From the NCBI RefSeq assembly GCF_006345805.1, contig NC_043000.1, forward strand, positions 63,612,001 to 63,676,000: a stretch of DNA of 64,000 nucleotides, given 5' to 3'. The position numbers and the translations under genes are program-made. A model generated the notes under the pieces. It was not told the DNA's origin, searched no databases, and was given only the letters and a program-made list of their open reading frames with translations. The stretch is from Octopus sinensis. Taxonomy: Eukaryota. Below, one piece after another: positions 38,001-52,398 of this stretch (position 1 is the first letter of the stretch; each line of letters opens with the position of its first letter).

Positions 38001-38343
38001 TCGTCCTAAAAAACTTTGTATGGATTGAATGGTTACCTCTATGGAAATATATACACGCACATTATACATACATGTGTGTATAGATGAATATATAAATACA
38101 TTTATATATCTATATACACTTTTGGGCGATCTTTGTGCAACTTAGAGATAACTTTAGATCTTAGTTTCGTCCTAAAAAACTTTGTGCGGAGTGAATGGTT
38201 ACATCTATGGAAATATATACACACACATTATACATACATCTGTGTATAGATGAATATATAAATACATTTAAATATCTATATACACTTTTGGGCGATCTTT
38301 CTGCTACTTGGATATAGGTCTTATATTCGTCCTAAAAAACTTT
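38001..38343 (+). repeat. Tandem repeat, ~2.1 units of 160-166 bp
   Basis: tcgtcctaaaaaacttt starts at 38001, 38167 and 38327. Confidence 0.9.
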
Positions 38344-38344
38344 C

Positions 38345-38400
38345 CTGTCACACACTCACGCACACGCACACACACACACACACCCTCACACACACACAAA

Positions 38401-38437
<37 letters not shown>

Positions 38438-38810
38438 ACACGCACACACACACCTTAGCTTACAATTTTATTTATATATTTGCGTGTCTATGTGTGTAAA
38501 GAGGAAGTGGCAGACTGAAAGAGTCACTCACTACAAAAAGTGAATTACTTTCACTTTATTCGTTGCACACTGTGTGTGTGCGTTTGCGTGTGCTGTAGGC
38601 CACACTAACTGAAGCATTTGACTTATACACCACAATGTGAGTTTTCTCTAAATTTTGCTTAATTGGGGTTGAAATTTTAAAAACTGGACCTGGCACGACC
38701 CGATGCATTCTACTCTTAAAAATGCTAGGTAAATTGTAATTGAAGAAATCCTATATTGTAGATTTCTATAAGATACAAAGGGAGGCAGATAAAATCTGCC
38801 TTTTATAATA

Positions 38811-38813
<3 letters not shown>
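38345..38813 (-). mobile_element. Probable non-autonomous Helitron 5' portion
   Basis: Starts tcttattataaaaggcag in the (TA)n tract; no 3' terminus found. Confidence 0.4.
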
Positions 38814-38869
<56 letters not shown>

Positions 38870-38882
<13 letters not shown>

Positions 38883-39229
38883 GGCAAAATGTCTGCGTGT
38901 GTGTCATTTATACAAATCCACAATTTTTCAGTTAGAGGGCTCGCACTTTCTATGGTCATTCAAAACCGTCCAAGGGTGGTCGTGCACATCTTTACATTTC
39001 CCCAGTCACCCCGCAAAGCCATTAAAAAATCAATAGAAGTGACTTTTTTTGTTAATTTTCTATCCAAAACCCAATCAAAATGCCCAAAACTTGATATGTC
39101 AATTGAATGCCAGTTAGCTGTAAGTGATTGGTCGGAGATTTGGACAGTACTCGCGTATATGTGTGCACGCACGCAGCTGTATATGCATGCACTAGCACTA
39201 TGACCCGGCGTTGCCGGGTCATAGTGCTA

Positions 39230-39230
<1 letters not shown>
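38870..39230 (+). mobile_element. Short non-autonomous Helitron
   Basis: Embedded in (TA)n; ends gacccggc...gccgggtc atagtgCTAG|T. Confidence 0.75.
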
Positions 39231-39288
<58 letters not shown>

Positions 39289-41419
39289 GTTTTTCCCACA
39301 TTTTTCAGAACCCTATTAACAAAATTAGTAGTTTTTAAAATGCTAAAATTTCTAAATATCGTCACCTGTTAAATGTTTTTATGAAACTTCGATTATCTCA
39401 CTTGTGCCAGAATATAAAACTACGATTACACATAGATTTTAACATATAATTAGTATGTTAAGATATCCATCGCACTGCCAAAGATATTATATTCGGTTTC
39501 ACTTGTACCATATTACGAGCATGAGACCTGAACCGATTCAACCAGAGATGTTAAAAAAGAAAATATTCACAAAAATGCTTGCATCATATAATATTTAGCT
39601 GAGAAATGATAGTACAGTGTTCACGTTCAAATATTGATTATCATTGATTAGGCACAATACTAATATTAAAAACACGGGCGTATAATCGATTTTAGTGCAG
39701 CCTGTTTATTATTGGTACTTAATTTATCGATACAAAAGAAGCCATGCGATGTAAGGCTGATCCTGTCAGAATAAGAATTTAGAAAAATGACAGATACAAA
39801 AAAGAAAGCGATATTGTAAAAATTTTCTGTCAGTCAGCCGTTTTACTGCTTGGCCAAGTCATGTCTCCCTGATATAATCAAAGATGTAGAAAAACTGCTT
39901 TCCAAAAAGAACATCAAATTACATTATCAGAATACTACCTTCTAAACATAGGCTGCTCTTGAAGCCTAATTTACCATGTACAATTGTAACTGAACATTCT
40001 TCTATTCTTGAATATACAGAATATATAGTTTAGCAATCTAACTCTATCAGAGAGCATTGGAAGGCTGCTCGTTCAAAGTAATGTGTAACATGAACTTTTT
40101 CTAATGGATTCTTGTCATCATACTTGTTTTTAACGGTATAAAATCACACAAAAACCAATAGCACTGGGTAGTGTAATCAATTAACCTCGTATATGAAAAC
40201 AGATTTTCTTCGTTTTTTTCTTTTCGATATATTTTAGGTATTAATTGAAAAGTTCTTATTCAGTGACGCTAAATATGTCCGACGTATCATATTTATTTAA
40301 CATTTCAAGGAGTTCCAATCCTTCTTTTCCATGAAATAAAAATATCAACAGCCAAAAAACTCAGCTACTTGGCACAAGTTTTGCCATCGATAGTTTATCA
40401 CTTATGAATTATTCAAAATTATTCAAACCAATTATCAGAATTGTAAAAACCAATTATCTTGAGCCAGAAAGAAAAACAAAGTAGGAAGGTTTTGTACTCT
40501 GTAAAAAAAAAACTATAATTATATTATCGACCTTCCCTCAAAACCTAGATTCTACTTACTTAATGGTGGTCGTTATTCTGTGTCGGATGCCAATATGTGT
40601 GACACTAAGATGGCAGTGAAGTGCAGTACGTGAGCATCAGATTGATTTGCAAAAGAATCTCTCAAGACCAACATACGCTATCGATTAAATAGTTATCATC
40701 TCGAAAACTACATAGTACTTGACTTTAATTCTGAAGAATTACTAGCAGTGTATTTCGTTATTCAAGTGGAAATTCTGTTGAGTTCACTTAATCTAGGCTG
40801 TTATTTCTGTGGGTATACTTGAGTGGACGCTCGTTTGATCATTGCGAACGGATCACCGGCTTTAAGTTAAATAATTTATATACACAGAAATAGATAATTT
40901 CTGTACGTAGAATGTATGTATGTGCGTACATGCTTGCATGTATATGTTTACATGCATGCATGTATGTGTGTGTGCACGCGTGTATGTACGTATATACGTT
41001 TAATATACGCATATTAATCATTTCTTTATTTAAAATATGGTGAGTAGCACTACGGATAAAACTTCAACAGCTGGACTGGTTCGGTTAAAGAAGATGCTGT
41101 ACTGCCGTCAGAAATATTTTTCCTCATAATACTTTTCTCTGATAGAGCAGGATGTAGTAAAACCGAGTTAATCGGATAAATCTCTGGAAAAAAATCGAAT
41201 AGAATCAGACTGACTTATTCTATTCTTTAAGGTGGGTTTCGCCTCCAGTGTATTATATACACAAAATATACCGAGCACAGAAAACTTAAAGTACATATCT
41301 GCCAAGCCTGTTTAGGAATTTTAATTTACTTACAGCATACACGCTTCACTGTAGATAAAAACTGACCACATAGTAGTTCTTTAATAGTGATTTGCTGACA
41401 GACTCAGGTTCTCTTTTTA

Positions 41420-41826
41420 ACTTACTCTTTTACTTGTTTCAGTCATTTGACTGCGGCCATGGTGGAGCACCACCTTTAGTCGAGCAAATCGACCCCAGAA
41501 CTTTTTCTTTGGAAGATTAGTACTTATTCTATCGGTCTCTTTTGCCGGACCGCTAAGTTACGGGGACGTAAACACACCAGCATCGGTTGGCAAGCGATGT
41601 TGGGGGGACAAACACAGACACACAAACATATACACTCACATACATATGTATATACATATATACGACGGGCTTTTTTCAGTTTCCGTCTACCAAATCCATT
41701 CACAAGGCTTTGGTCGGCCCGAGGCTATAGTAGAAGACACTTGCCCAAGGTGCCACACAGTGGGACTGAATCTGGAACCATGTGGTTGGTAAGCAAGCTA
41801 CTTACCACACAGCCACTCCTGCGCCT
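41420..41826 (-). mobile_element. SINE family A, full length
   Basis: tRNA-like A/B boxes, ccttgggcaagtgtcttc CORE-like motif, tail gactgaaacaagtaaaagag. Confidence 0.92.
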
Positions 41827-41989
41827 ATGTTTATAATATGCTTATTTTGTTCAGACAATAACAAATAAGGAAAATTGGTTATCATTACTCGTATAACGTT
41901 AGCAAGATCTGTATATTTAAACATTATATACGCGTTTATTTTTTCATTGGTACATGCATGTGCATGTAGACAGACAGACAGACAGACAT

Positions 41990-42067
<78 letters not shown>

Positions 42068-42799
42068 GCCTATATACAGAGACTGGCAGGAAAACCAGAT
42101 CATTTTTATAGATGACACAATTTTGAGTGTAGTCAGTGTCACTGAGCAGCATATAGTTGTGAAGCAGCAGAACTCGAGACATTATCTTCATGAGATTTAG
42201 ACTTTTTCCTTTATTTCTTTTTAAGCTTTGACTAAGTTACTCAAACACAACGTATTTTTCATTTGTATTGAGAAGTGTTTTGTCAGAATTCGATATTGTT
42301 ATGAATATAAAAAAAAACATCAGTTTGACCGGTTCAGCGTTAAAAAGAATCCGATATGAGTGCAAACTGTCCTCGAACACCGGAGAATATTAAGAATGTA
42401 GTTTGGGCTGTAGCGAACAGCTCTTGTCGTTCTACATAGATACATAATGGTACACCAGAATTTCTAAGGCTTGCTAGTGTAATTTAATTACAATTCTTTT
42501 TTCTGGATTTTGCTCATATTTCGGTTGTAATGCGAAATATAGAAATATGAAAAATTCTTGGTAAATACGAAAATATATTAAATAACAATACAATTGGAAA
42601 ACAGTTTGTGTATTCGATACACGAAGCCGATAAAAAAAACTGTTTTTCATGCTTACTAACAAACATGAAGCAGCACTATAAAACAACAACAACAACAAAA
42701 GAAAAATGTATGACAAAATTCCGGATGAAACTGATTGAACGACAAACACAGAAATTCAGGATATAGAAACCATACAAGCGGAAATCCTATTGTTAAGGC

Positions 42800-43900
42800 A
42801 AAAAGAAAAAAAGATCAATAAATCAGAAAGTAAGAAACATATGCGAAGCAATATTACCCAGTTCTTGATAATATAGGGTCATCTATTTTTCACGCTGAAT
42901 TAGATGCAATATTATATATAAACTAAGAAAACTCTATAGCAGAAAAACGCTTAACCCATCCACACAGGAAAATAAGTCCCACAAACTCTCACAATAGATC
43001 AGATCAAATTATGCTTCTTAATGTCAATGCCAACTTACACACGCAACCAAAACAGGAAAAAAAAAGTTGAACCCAAACTGCGCTACTCTTAGAGATAAAA
43101 ACATTATAAACAAAGACCGTGATCTTGAAGAATTATTTCGAGATGAGTATAATAAAAGTAGATAACCATACAACAATTAACAAATACTCAACATGAAACT
43201 AAAAAAGCTCTGCGTGGTTTAAAAAAAAACATTAGAATGTATAAGTCATTCGTAATTATGGATAAGGAAAAGTATATTGCAAAAGTTAATTTACTCAACA
43301 ACAAAAATAAATTTATAGATAATATTATCTAATTTAGCGTTAAACTGAATAAACTAATAATGGCAATACTTACACAAAATGGAACCACTTATTCCTATGA
43401 CATTAAAGGAGAATTCTCCCCCTAATGGCCGTGCACAGATGCAGTTCTACGTTGGTTCTTCTCATGTATTGAAGAAGAACGATGATTAACTGCGGTTAGT
43501 TTCTCGGGCAGAGAAACCAGGTTTCTGACATCTGTTGTCTTTAGAACCACCGTTTTAAATGTTATCCGTTATTCCTACCGGGCTATGTTGTTTTGAGCGT
43601 TCTTTTAACATCCTCAGAAGATTGTGGAGTTATCAACGAAACAGTATGAAATCAGTGAGTCATTTGATCTTGACTTGTATTGAATAAGGGGATGTAAAAG
43701 CAGTTCTACATTAAGATGTTGCGAAGAGTATCAACATATTCAGCTTTAGGAAGATCTCTTCTGTTCTTAGCTTTGATATGACAATGTTGTGTAAGGATTA
43801 ACAAACGTTATCAAATATTTTAGTTTCGCGATCAAAAATTTTGCAATATTTCTATTATTGTTTGTTAGAATTGTCATTTTAATTTAATTATACTATTAAC
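42800..43900. pseudogene. Very degraded Penelope-like remnants on both strands
   Basis: Plus ~43250 FVIMDKEKYIAKV; minus ~43590-43840 FDRETKI, DTLRNILM*NCF, TVSLITPQSSEDVKRTLK. Confidence 0.35.
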
Positions 43901-44278
43901 AAGTTTAGTCAAATTGCTCTATGATCTTTTGAACTTTCAGAGTGTTTGAAAATATTTTAGATAAAAACTTGGTTTCTGTCACAGTCCTTTCTCGAAAAAG
44001 TTTGCTCTTATGTCTATTTACATTACTGTTATTTAGTGATTTGTTTGTCCTCTTTTTGTCTTTGTGGGTAGTTTTTAACTGTTTGGCTAGTATGCTGAAT
44101 ATGCAGAATTGCCCAAAGTCGATTCTTTTGTTATCCTTATTGCCTCTCTACGAACCATCCTCATTATAAACACAGTATAGCTACATTTTTAGCTTGAGTT
44201 AAACCTAAGTGTTTTTGAGATGAGAAAATAAAATTATTTCCTTTCAAATACATTTCTTTATTTAATAATAAAAGATGT

Positions 44279-44750
44279 ATGAGATGGCTTGGGCATGTTA
44301 GCCGTATGAAAGATGGCAGAATCCCCAAGGACATACTCTACGGAGAGCTTGCTAGGGGTACTAGGTCTGTGGGTAGACCGATCTTACGTTACAAGGATGT
44401 TTACAAAAGGGACATGAATGCCTGCAACATCAATATTAGCGGTTGGGAGGCAGTTGCCGGCAACTGTGGAGAATGGCGACGTACCGTAAAAGAGGGAATA
44501 CAAAGGAGTGACAGAGAGAGAGAGGAGAAATGGAAAGAAAAGAAGAGACGTCAACAAGAGACTATGGCATTACAACCAGCCAGGAACAGTCTTCGCTACA
44601 TTTGCGATACCTGCCAGAGAGAGTGTTTGTCCAGGATAGGACTACACAGCCACAGCAGGAAATGTATCAGGACATGAAATATAAAAGCCGGACTAGACTA
44701 CTTTATGCGCAACTCCATTGTCTTCCGAGACAGAAAGGATGCCAACAATG
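44279..44750 (+). mobile_element. RTE-clade LINE 3' end
   Basis: RWLGHVSRMKDGRIPKDILYGEL...GRP..RYKD; C2H2-like CDTCQRECLSRIGLHSH; 3' stem-loop tgtcttccgagaca. Confidence 0.92.
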
Positions 44751-45052
44751 TGATGTAATAAGGTTTATTTAGTTTTATTGGTGATTATAGCACTATTAGG
44801 TTTCTTAACGTGTCAAGCTACTGTATTAGTAGACATTTTATCCCTTTTAAAACAAAGGTATTTATAAGCAACTTGCTAATTCTTTGTTATGAAATCTGCT
44901 ATATAATGGATACATGACAGTGTATTACAAAAAGGCTTGCTGAGGCTACGGACAACGCTGAACATACAAGCCAAAAGTTCTTGAGTATCAGCTTCTACAG
45001 AGTTTGAGCATTTTGATTTAACTAAAAATATCCAAAAGCCGCAAATTTCAAC

Positions 45053-45363
45053 AGACACTCCGTCGGTTACGACGACAAGGGTTTCAATTAATCCGATCAA
45101 CGGAACAGCCTGCTCGTGAAATTAATGTACATATGGCTGAGCACTCCGCAGACACGTATACCCTTTACGTAGTTCTCAGTGAGATTCAGTGTGACGCAGA
45201 ATGTGGCAAAGCTGGCTCTTTGAAGTGCAGATACTACGCATTTTTGCCGGCTGAGTGGAGTGGAGCAACGTGAAATAAAGTGTCTTGCTCAAGGACACAA
45301 CGCATTGTCGAGAATTGAACTCACGATTGCAAGATCGGGAGCCGAACACTCTAACTAATTAGC
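45053..45363 (-). mobile_element. SINE family C (tRNA head + CORE-like), near full length
   Basis: Minus: gagttcaattctc B box, tgtgtccttgagcaagacactt; partial copies at 51205-51436 and 52981-53130. Confidence 0.88.
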
Positions 45364-47716
45364 CAAGCTGCAAATAGTGACATGGATAATCGTGCTATGA
45401 CAGATACCATGGAACAAGCAACCAAGCTGCATTGCGATCAATAACTGAGAAAATTTCGCTTGTAACGACAGCCTTAATTTTAGAAATTGATGTTTCTAAC
45501 ACAATTGCGATTCAGTAAATTCAGGACACTAGTAGCAACCAAAGCAACAACCAAAGCGATGAACTCACTCAACCACAATTCAGAAAATTTCCACAAACAT
45601 AATTTAGCTCAAGTTATCGGAGTTTCAATCGAGAGTTTTATAGATTATAAAAGTACAGCACAATATGTCAGAAACTGAAGTGTATTGTATATTAATGATG
45701 TTTTTCGTACGTATGAAAAACATATTTATCTCCACTTAAACGTGGGTGTTATGTGAGAGCAAACTATACTGCAGTACTTACCATGAAAGAAACTATCATA
45801 TTGGTTTTTTGATGCAAAAGGCATTCTTTTTATATTGCTAGCGGGGAGGGGGTAAATCCGAGCCATCTCCCTGCTTGCGATATAAACAAGAGTGCATTTT
45901 GCACCAAATGCAAATACGAGAGTTTCTTTCATGGTATAGTTAGTTTGTTGTAACAGAACATCGACATTTAAGTGGGGATAAATATTATCTCTTAGTATTA
46001 ATACTGCCTCTGTCGCTAATAAATATATGAAAAACAGTATACGGGCAGATATTCACTAAGATATGTTTTCTTGATCGGAATCATGTTGTTGGGAAAAAGG
46101 GGATTTGGTTATTCACCAGAAGTTACAGTTACATATTACAGCTGATTCTGTATGGAGGGACTACCAAAAACTGTACTATCCATGATCAATGAAACCCACG
46201 AGAAGTAAGTTTCTTGAAAATATGCACTACCTATCTGCTTTGTCCTCAGTTTTGCAATTAACGATCCCACAAGAGATTTCTGATAAAGAATTTGTAAATG
46301 ATGAGCAAGAGTATAGCTATGGGCAAGAAATAAAAAGCCTGATATTGACACATTACTCTATCGTCATGAAGTGGATAATGCAGGGTTACAAGATTCCAAA
46401 ATATATTCATCAAAATATTCAAAACGAGTTAATCCTAACATGGCATCAGTAACCAGAACAAATAGCTAAACAAAATCAGGCTTTTTCACAGTAATAAGCA
46501 GGAAGTCACTGAACTTCAGGGAAATCAGCTAGTTTGGAAGAAACTGAAATAACGAGAAACTTTGCCACAGCTTTTGAATGATTCAGTCCCTGACACATCA
46601 GGAAACTGCGTAGAAATTACCCCATATGCTTATCCTACAATTTAAGATGATACCACATGATACAAATAATCCACAGCTATGAGCGGTATCACTATAAATT
46701 TGGTAAGTATTTTCTATATTTAAAAGTACTTTTATGACCCCAAAGTATTATATGAGTTCACTATTTCCATTCATGGTCCCTGTATTTTAATTTTTACCTT
46801 TTTCTCCACCCCCTCTTTTAATCTTTTGTTTTTCTCTTTTATTTTTACTGGCTGTTTTCTCCCGGCGTCTTCTGAATATACACAAATACATAATTACTTT
46901 ATAAAGTATAATAGTCTACTAACTTTACAATATTGCCCAGAAAAATTTAATCAATGGAAATAATCTCCTGGAATTATTTACACCTCCCATATTCTATAAT
47001 GATTAATGAACATGAAAAGCTTATTTCTTGGTCAAAGCTCAAACTCGAAGATTTACAAAATCGACGAAATATTCAATATTCACACTATTTCAGAAGATGG
47101 ATATGGATAAAAAAAAATCATCTCTGGAAAGTAATTCTCCGAAATTAGTCTCTTTATCTCGTTAACTGGCATATTTCCATTAGAAAAGGAAGTAGAAAGT
47201 CGACAACATGGAGTTATGTTGTTTTGTTGAAGATATCTGGCGAATTACTGACGAACCGTTTCCACAGCTTTCATAAAGGAGGAAGAATCTTATAATAGTT
47301 GATTTAATTTCCTTCTCTTGCTAATAATCCATGAAAAGCTGATAGAGATAACGAAGCCTGTCAATCAATCAGTCTCTCTCTCCTCCCCCCCCTCTCTCTC
47401 TCTCTCTTGCTTCCCCTTTCTCTCTATTTCTTTCTATATGTATATGCGCGCGCACACATGTGTGAGTGTAAAAGAAAGGAATGAACAACAGACTAAAACA
47501 ATTCAGAGAAAAGAAATATCTCAATACAACGAATAGAATTTATTTTAAGCGGATACTTCACACACTACAATCTGATAAACGCTCGAAATAAATCAAATAA
47601 AAACGAGAAAAAAAATCCTTTTCTTTTTTATGTTATTAATGTGCATCCAACATTCAATGTTTTTGACGTCATAAAACAAAATTTTTTTCAATGCAATATT
47701 TTCAAAATACTTCAAA

Positions 47717-48160
47717 GCGGCGAGCTGGTAGAATCATTAGCATGTCGAGCAAAATGCTCAGAGGTATTTCGTCCGTCTTTACGTTATAAGTTCAAATTCT
47801 GCTGAAGTCGACTTTGTCTTTCATCCTTTCAGGATCGATAACATAAGTACCAGTCGAGCACTGGGGTTGATTTAATTGACTTATCTCCGACATTACTGGC
47901 CTTATGCCAAAATTTGAAACCAATATTTCAAAATGCTTTAATGCGGCGACCTTAATGCTGCATCGTTAGCACATCAGACAAATTGCTTAGAGGTATTTTG
48001 TCCGTCTTTACGTTCTGGATTCAAATACCACCGGTGTCGACTTTGCCTTTCATCCTTTTGGGATCGATAAAATAGGTAACAGTTGAACACTGGGATCAAT
48101 GTAATCAGTGCACCTTCTCCCACTGAAATTGCTGGTCTAGTGCCAAAATTTGAAATAACT
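47717..48160 (+). mobile_element. Two tandem SINE family B copies
   Basis: gcggcga heads at about 47718 and 47943. Confidence 0.9.
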
Positions 48161-48177
48161 ATTATTGTTATTGTTTT

Positions 48178-48545
48178 ACTTCTCAGAGCGCACGGTCTTG
48201 TATGCTCTGGTAGATTCCGTGCGAGCGGATATCAGCCTGCTATCAGAGGTCTCACGGGGTCTCTTTCTGCACATTATAAGCTTTGATAATTGATTGTTAA
48301 TTATCGTGGGAGACATTCAATATTCAAGTATCAATCTCAAAATCTGTTTCAGCAGAGCAGTTTGGGAGCTTTCTCTGCTCTCATATCAATTCCGATTTCT
48401 CTAACATATTTCTCGAACTTGGTTGTTAGTGCTCCGAGGGCCCCCACAAATGCTGGAATGACAGACAGTCTCCTCATAGTCCACATTCTTGCAATTTCGT
48501 CTTTTAGTAGTCTGTGCTTTTCAATCTTTTCTAGTTCTCTCACTT
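48178..48545 (-). mobile_element. R4/Dong-type LINE 3' fragment
   Basis: ELEKIEKHRLLKDEIARMWTMRRLSVIP...GALG; homologous to 17930-18285; flanked by ATT/CAT repeats. Confidence 0.88.
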
Positions 48546-48581
48546 ATGCGTGCAATTATTATCATCATCATCATCATCATC

Positions 48582-48651
<70 letters not shown>

Positions 48652-48855
48652 CATTGTGTGTGTTATGCGTGTGTGTGTGTATGAAGTGATGAGCTGGTAG
48701 AACCGTTAGCACGCCGGACCAAATGCTTAGCGGCATTTTGTCCGTCTTTATGTTTTGGGTTCGAATTTGCTTACCCTGTGCCAAAATCTGATTGTGTATG
48801 TATGTTTGTATGCATGCGTGCGTGCGAACGTGCGAGCGTGTGTGTGTGTGTGTGT

Positions 48856-48898
<43 letters not shown>

Positions 48899-50605
48899 GT
48901 GTGTGTGTGTGTGTGGTGTGTGCGTGCGTGTGTGTGTGTGTGTGCGTGCGAGCGAGCGTGCGTGTGTGTGTGCGTGCGCGTGCGCACATATGTATGACTG
49001 CATCTAACTGCGCTGCTATTTTTCGAGGTCTATTATTACTTATATGTAACAAGCCAATTTAAGAATTGGTAAGGATGTTGAAGTAGCTAGCTACATGCGC
49101 GTGCACACATACATGTTTGGTAAACAAGTATGTAGATAGAGCTGCCAATTTAGTTATCTACATTTTAACTTTTCCGTATAAAAATCTATAATCTTCAAGC
49201 AGTAAACCAAATTTAGAACGTGAAGGTTCTTCGCTGAAATGCTTCTGGCGTCGATGGAAGCATGATCTCTTTAAAGAAAAAAAAACTGTATAGTAAATTT
49301 TCACTGAAAGTATAATCGTTTTCTGTAATAATGTATCTAATTCTTTAGGAGACGAGTAATAGTGTAATAGTCGACTTAATAAATTAGCATTTCGCTGGTA
49401 TTTATTTAATCAACCAAAGTAGGAGTTACAAGAAATGAGTTAACGTGCAGTTTACCGTCGTAGAAAAAGGGTTGGGATTGCCCTAGATTGCCCTAAAAAT
49501 GAAAGTAAGTTGAGATAGAATCAGGAAGTTACACACTACAATTCCATTAAAAATCATAAAGAACTATTTCATTATGCGACGTCCACAGGCATCCACATAT
49601 GTAGTACACTCTAATGATGTGTTAAGTATTCCAGAAGTAGCAGCTGAGATACCCCGCAGCAACGAACACCGTTGAAAAGGGAATTCGGTGTCTTGCATGT
49701 CGACCCATGATAAACAGCATAATAACATGTGAGCAATGTAATTAACCTGCACGATTAATGAGTTGTAGAGAAAAAAACGACGGGAAGTGGTGGCTTTGTT
49801 CTTACAGATTCAGTCGGACTAAACGACCTAGTTCCTCATTCAAATCTATCTTTGCGAAGACTCAATTAACTCTACCTTTGAGAAGACTCATTCAACTAAT
49901 AAACATGCGTGTAAAAGACCGTCGACATTTCTGGTTTCAATCTCAGTTTCCTTTCATTTGGTGGGTGGACAATATACTTACACTTTTTTACGATGTTAAA
50001 TTTCATATTCTTTTCTACTCAAGGCACAAGGCCCGAAATGTTTGGAATGGGATTAAGTCGATTAGATCGACTCCAGTACGCAACTGGTACTTAATTTGTT
50101 GACCCCTGTTAAATTGCATATTAACCCAAGAGATGTCTATTCAACGGGATCTGAAAATTTTGAGTTGATAAAATCAAACAATGGTGCAGCGTCCTTAGAT
50201 ACCGGCTATCTCCTTATCCACTGGCAAAACACGATGGATGATGTAGTCTTATATAATACTAAGCTCGAATGAAAAAGGTAAAGAACTAGTCACGGATGGA
50301 ACATTTTTGGTCAGAGTGTCTGCTCAATTAAGGACTGACTTGTTGCTAAGTAACAACTCTTTTAGTAAGGAGTAAAAATGAAGACCCAGTAAGCTGTCAT
50401 TTATATTATTCATAAAATGATTCATCCATGAATAAACATTTTAAACTTGATATTCATCATTAACTCACGCACACACACACACACACATACGCACACAGGT
50501 GTGTATGCGTATATATATACACACACACACCCACACATATATATACATATACATATACATATACATACATGCATACATACATACATACATACATACATAC
50601 ATACA

Positions 50606-50636
<31 letters not shown>

Positions 50637-51155
50637 CAGAGTAGACTCCAGGTCATTAGCGTCATTCGAGCTCATCACAGATTTCGTATAAGACACATGT
50701 ATAAAGGAAGCTAAGAGACGTAATGCACAGACTTATATGTGCACTGATAATTTAACAATAAGATAGAAATATAATCTTAATATCTTTCTCCATTTTTAAG
50801 TTAAAGTTAAAAATAGTTTTAATATGTATTTCTCCATTTCTAAGTTAAGGGTAAAAATAAAGCAGCCCTGCAAAACACAAGTGATCTTTATACACAGATG
50901 CACAGAATAACAGCATTCAAATAATGACTGTGGAGTGTACAACAAACATCAGCGATCTGACTGCCGCCTGTAATCTTGATAAGAGATGCAGTTAGTCTTT
51001 TACACCTACCAGGCTTGTTCGTATTAGCCCGAATTGTTGAATAATTTTTCGTTCCTTTAAGAATATTGTAGAACGGAAACTTTTCTTAGATTGGAATTTA
51101 AATCCTAATCTCTATAGAAATTAATTGCTTCAAGAAAACATGTGTGTGTGTGTGT

Positions 51156-51204
<49 letters not shown>

Positions 51205-51205
<1 letters not shown>

Positions 51206-51436
51206 ACACTCGGTCGGTTACGTCGGCGAGGGTTCCAGATGATCCGATCAACGGAACAGCCTGCTCGTGAAATCAGCGTGAACGTGGGTGAGTATTCCAC
51301 AGACACATGTACACTTAACGTTGTTCTCAGGGAGGTTCAGCGGGACGCAGATTGTAACAAATCTGTTCCTTTGAAATACAGGTGCTATTCATTTTTGTCA
51401 GCTGAGTATAGTGGAGCCACGTGAAATAAAGTATCT
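51205..51436 (-). mobile_element. SINE family C, 5'-truncated
   Basis: Matches 45053-45285. Confidence 0.88.
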
Positions 51437-51537
51437 TTTATGTTTATATATACTACAATATTGTGTGTGTTTGTGTGTGTATACACATATATACATATAT
51501 ATGTATGTATATGTATATATATACGTACGTATGTATG

Positions 51538-51735
51538 TAACGGGAAGGTTTACGAAAATAAACAAAAGACGAAGGCAGGTGGAGTACAAACAAACAATTG
51601 TACTAGTATGGCGCTCGGGAATAGAAATAAAACAAGTCTTTTACGTTTCGAGCCTACGCTCTTCGACAGAAAGATACACAGAAAAGAAACAAGGAGAGAA
51701 AAGAATGCGTGCTGGAGCTAACGATCCAACATATG
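51538..51735 (-). mobile_element. PLE-type terminal repeat with hammerhead motif (51637-51674)
   Basis: tcttt CTGTCGA a gagc gtag gctc GAA ACGT A aaaga. Confidence 0.7.
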
Positions 51736-52335
51736 TGTTTATATATATATACACACACACGCACATATGGGGTGTGTACCCATGTTTCTATTTCTTCTGT
51801 CATGTCTTTTAATAAGCTTCGTCAGAGGAAGAAATGCAGCTCTCAGTACCATTTTTCAGGACATCAGTGAATGATGGAAGGAAGAGTGGAAGGTTTCCTC
51901 CAACAGAGCATACTTCCCTTCCACCCTTCCTTTCTCCTCCCAGTTTCACAAACTGAAGGTTTACAACTGGGTGGGCGCAGTAAATTGCACCCTACAGCCA
52001 GGTGGCGGTATTCAAGTGAGTAGTAATTGGACAATATACAGAAAGTCAAGATGCCAGCAATGAAAATATCGATAGTCATAACGACAATGAGACAAAATGT
52101 TATCGGTGAAAATACCAGATAATATAATTAAATATTTAATTTTTTATCTTTATAAGATTGGATTTATTTTGTATTTGACTATTCTACGATAGTAAACTTG
52201 CGCAGATGTATATGCATACACACGTGCACATAAATATATAGAAATATACATATATATAATAATGTTGTGCTGCTAGAGAGGGAGTGTGTGTGTGTGTGTG
52301 TCTGTGTGTGTGTATGAATGTATGCATGTGTTCAT

Positions 52336-52398
<63 letters not shown>

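Noticed and set aside
38001-38343. Recurring tcgtcctaaaaaacttt as a CRISPR-like repeat
   Set aside because: The intervening sequences are near-identical (a tandem duplication), the context is eukaryotic and there are no cas genes.
46000-46700. Possible PLE RT remnant and hammerhead-like cctga-caca-tcagg-aaac
   Set aside because: Motifs are too degraded; no CUGANGA core at the right spacing.
51805-51835. Minus-strand CTGACGAAGC...ACATGAC hammerhead remnant
   Set aside because: The GAAA half of the core is missing.
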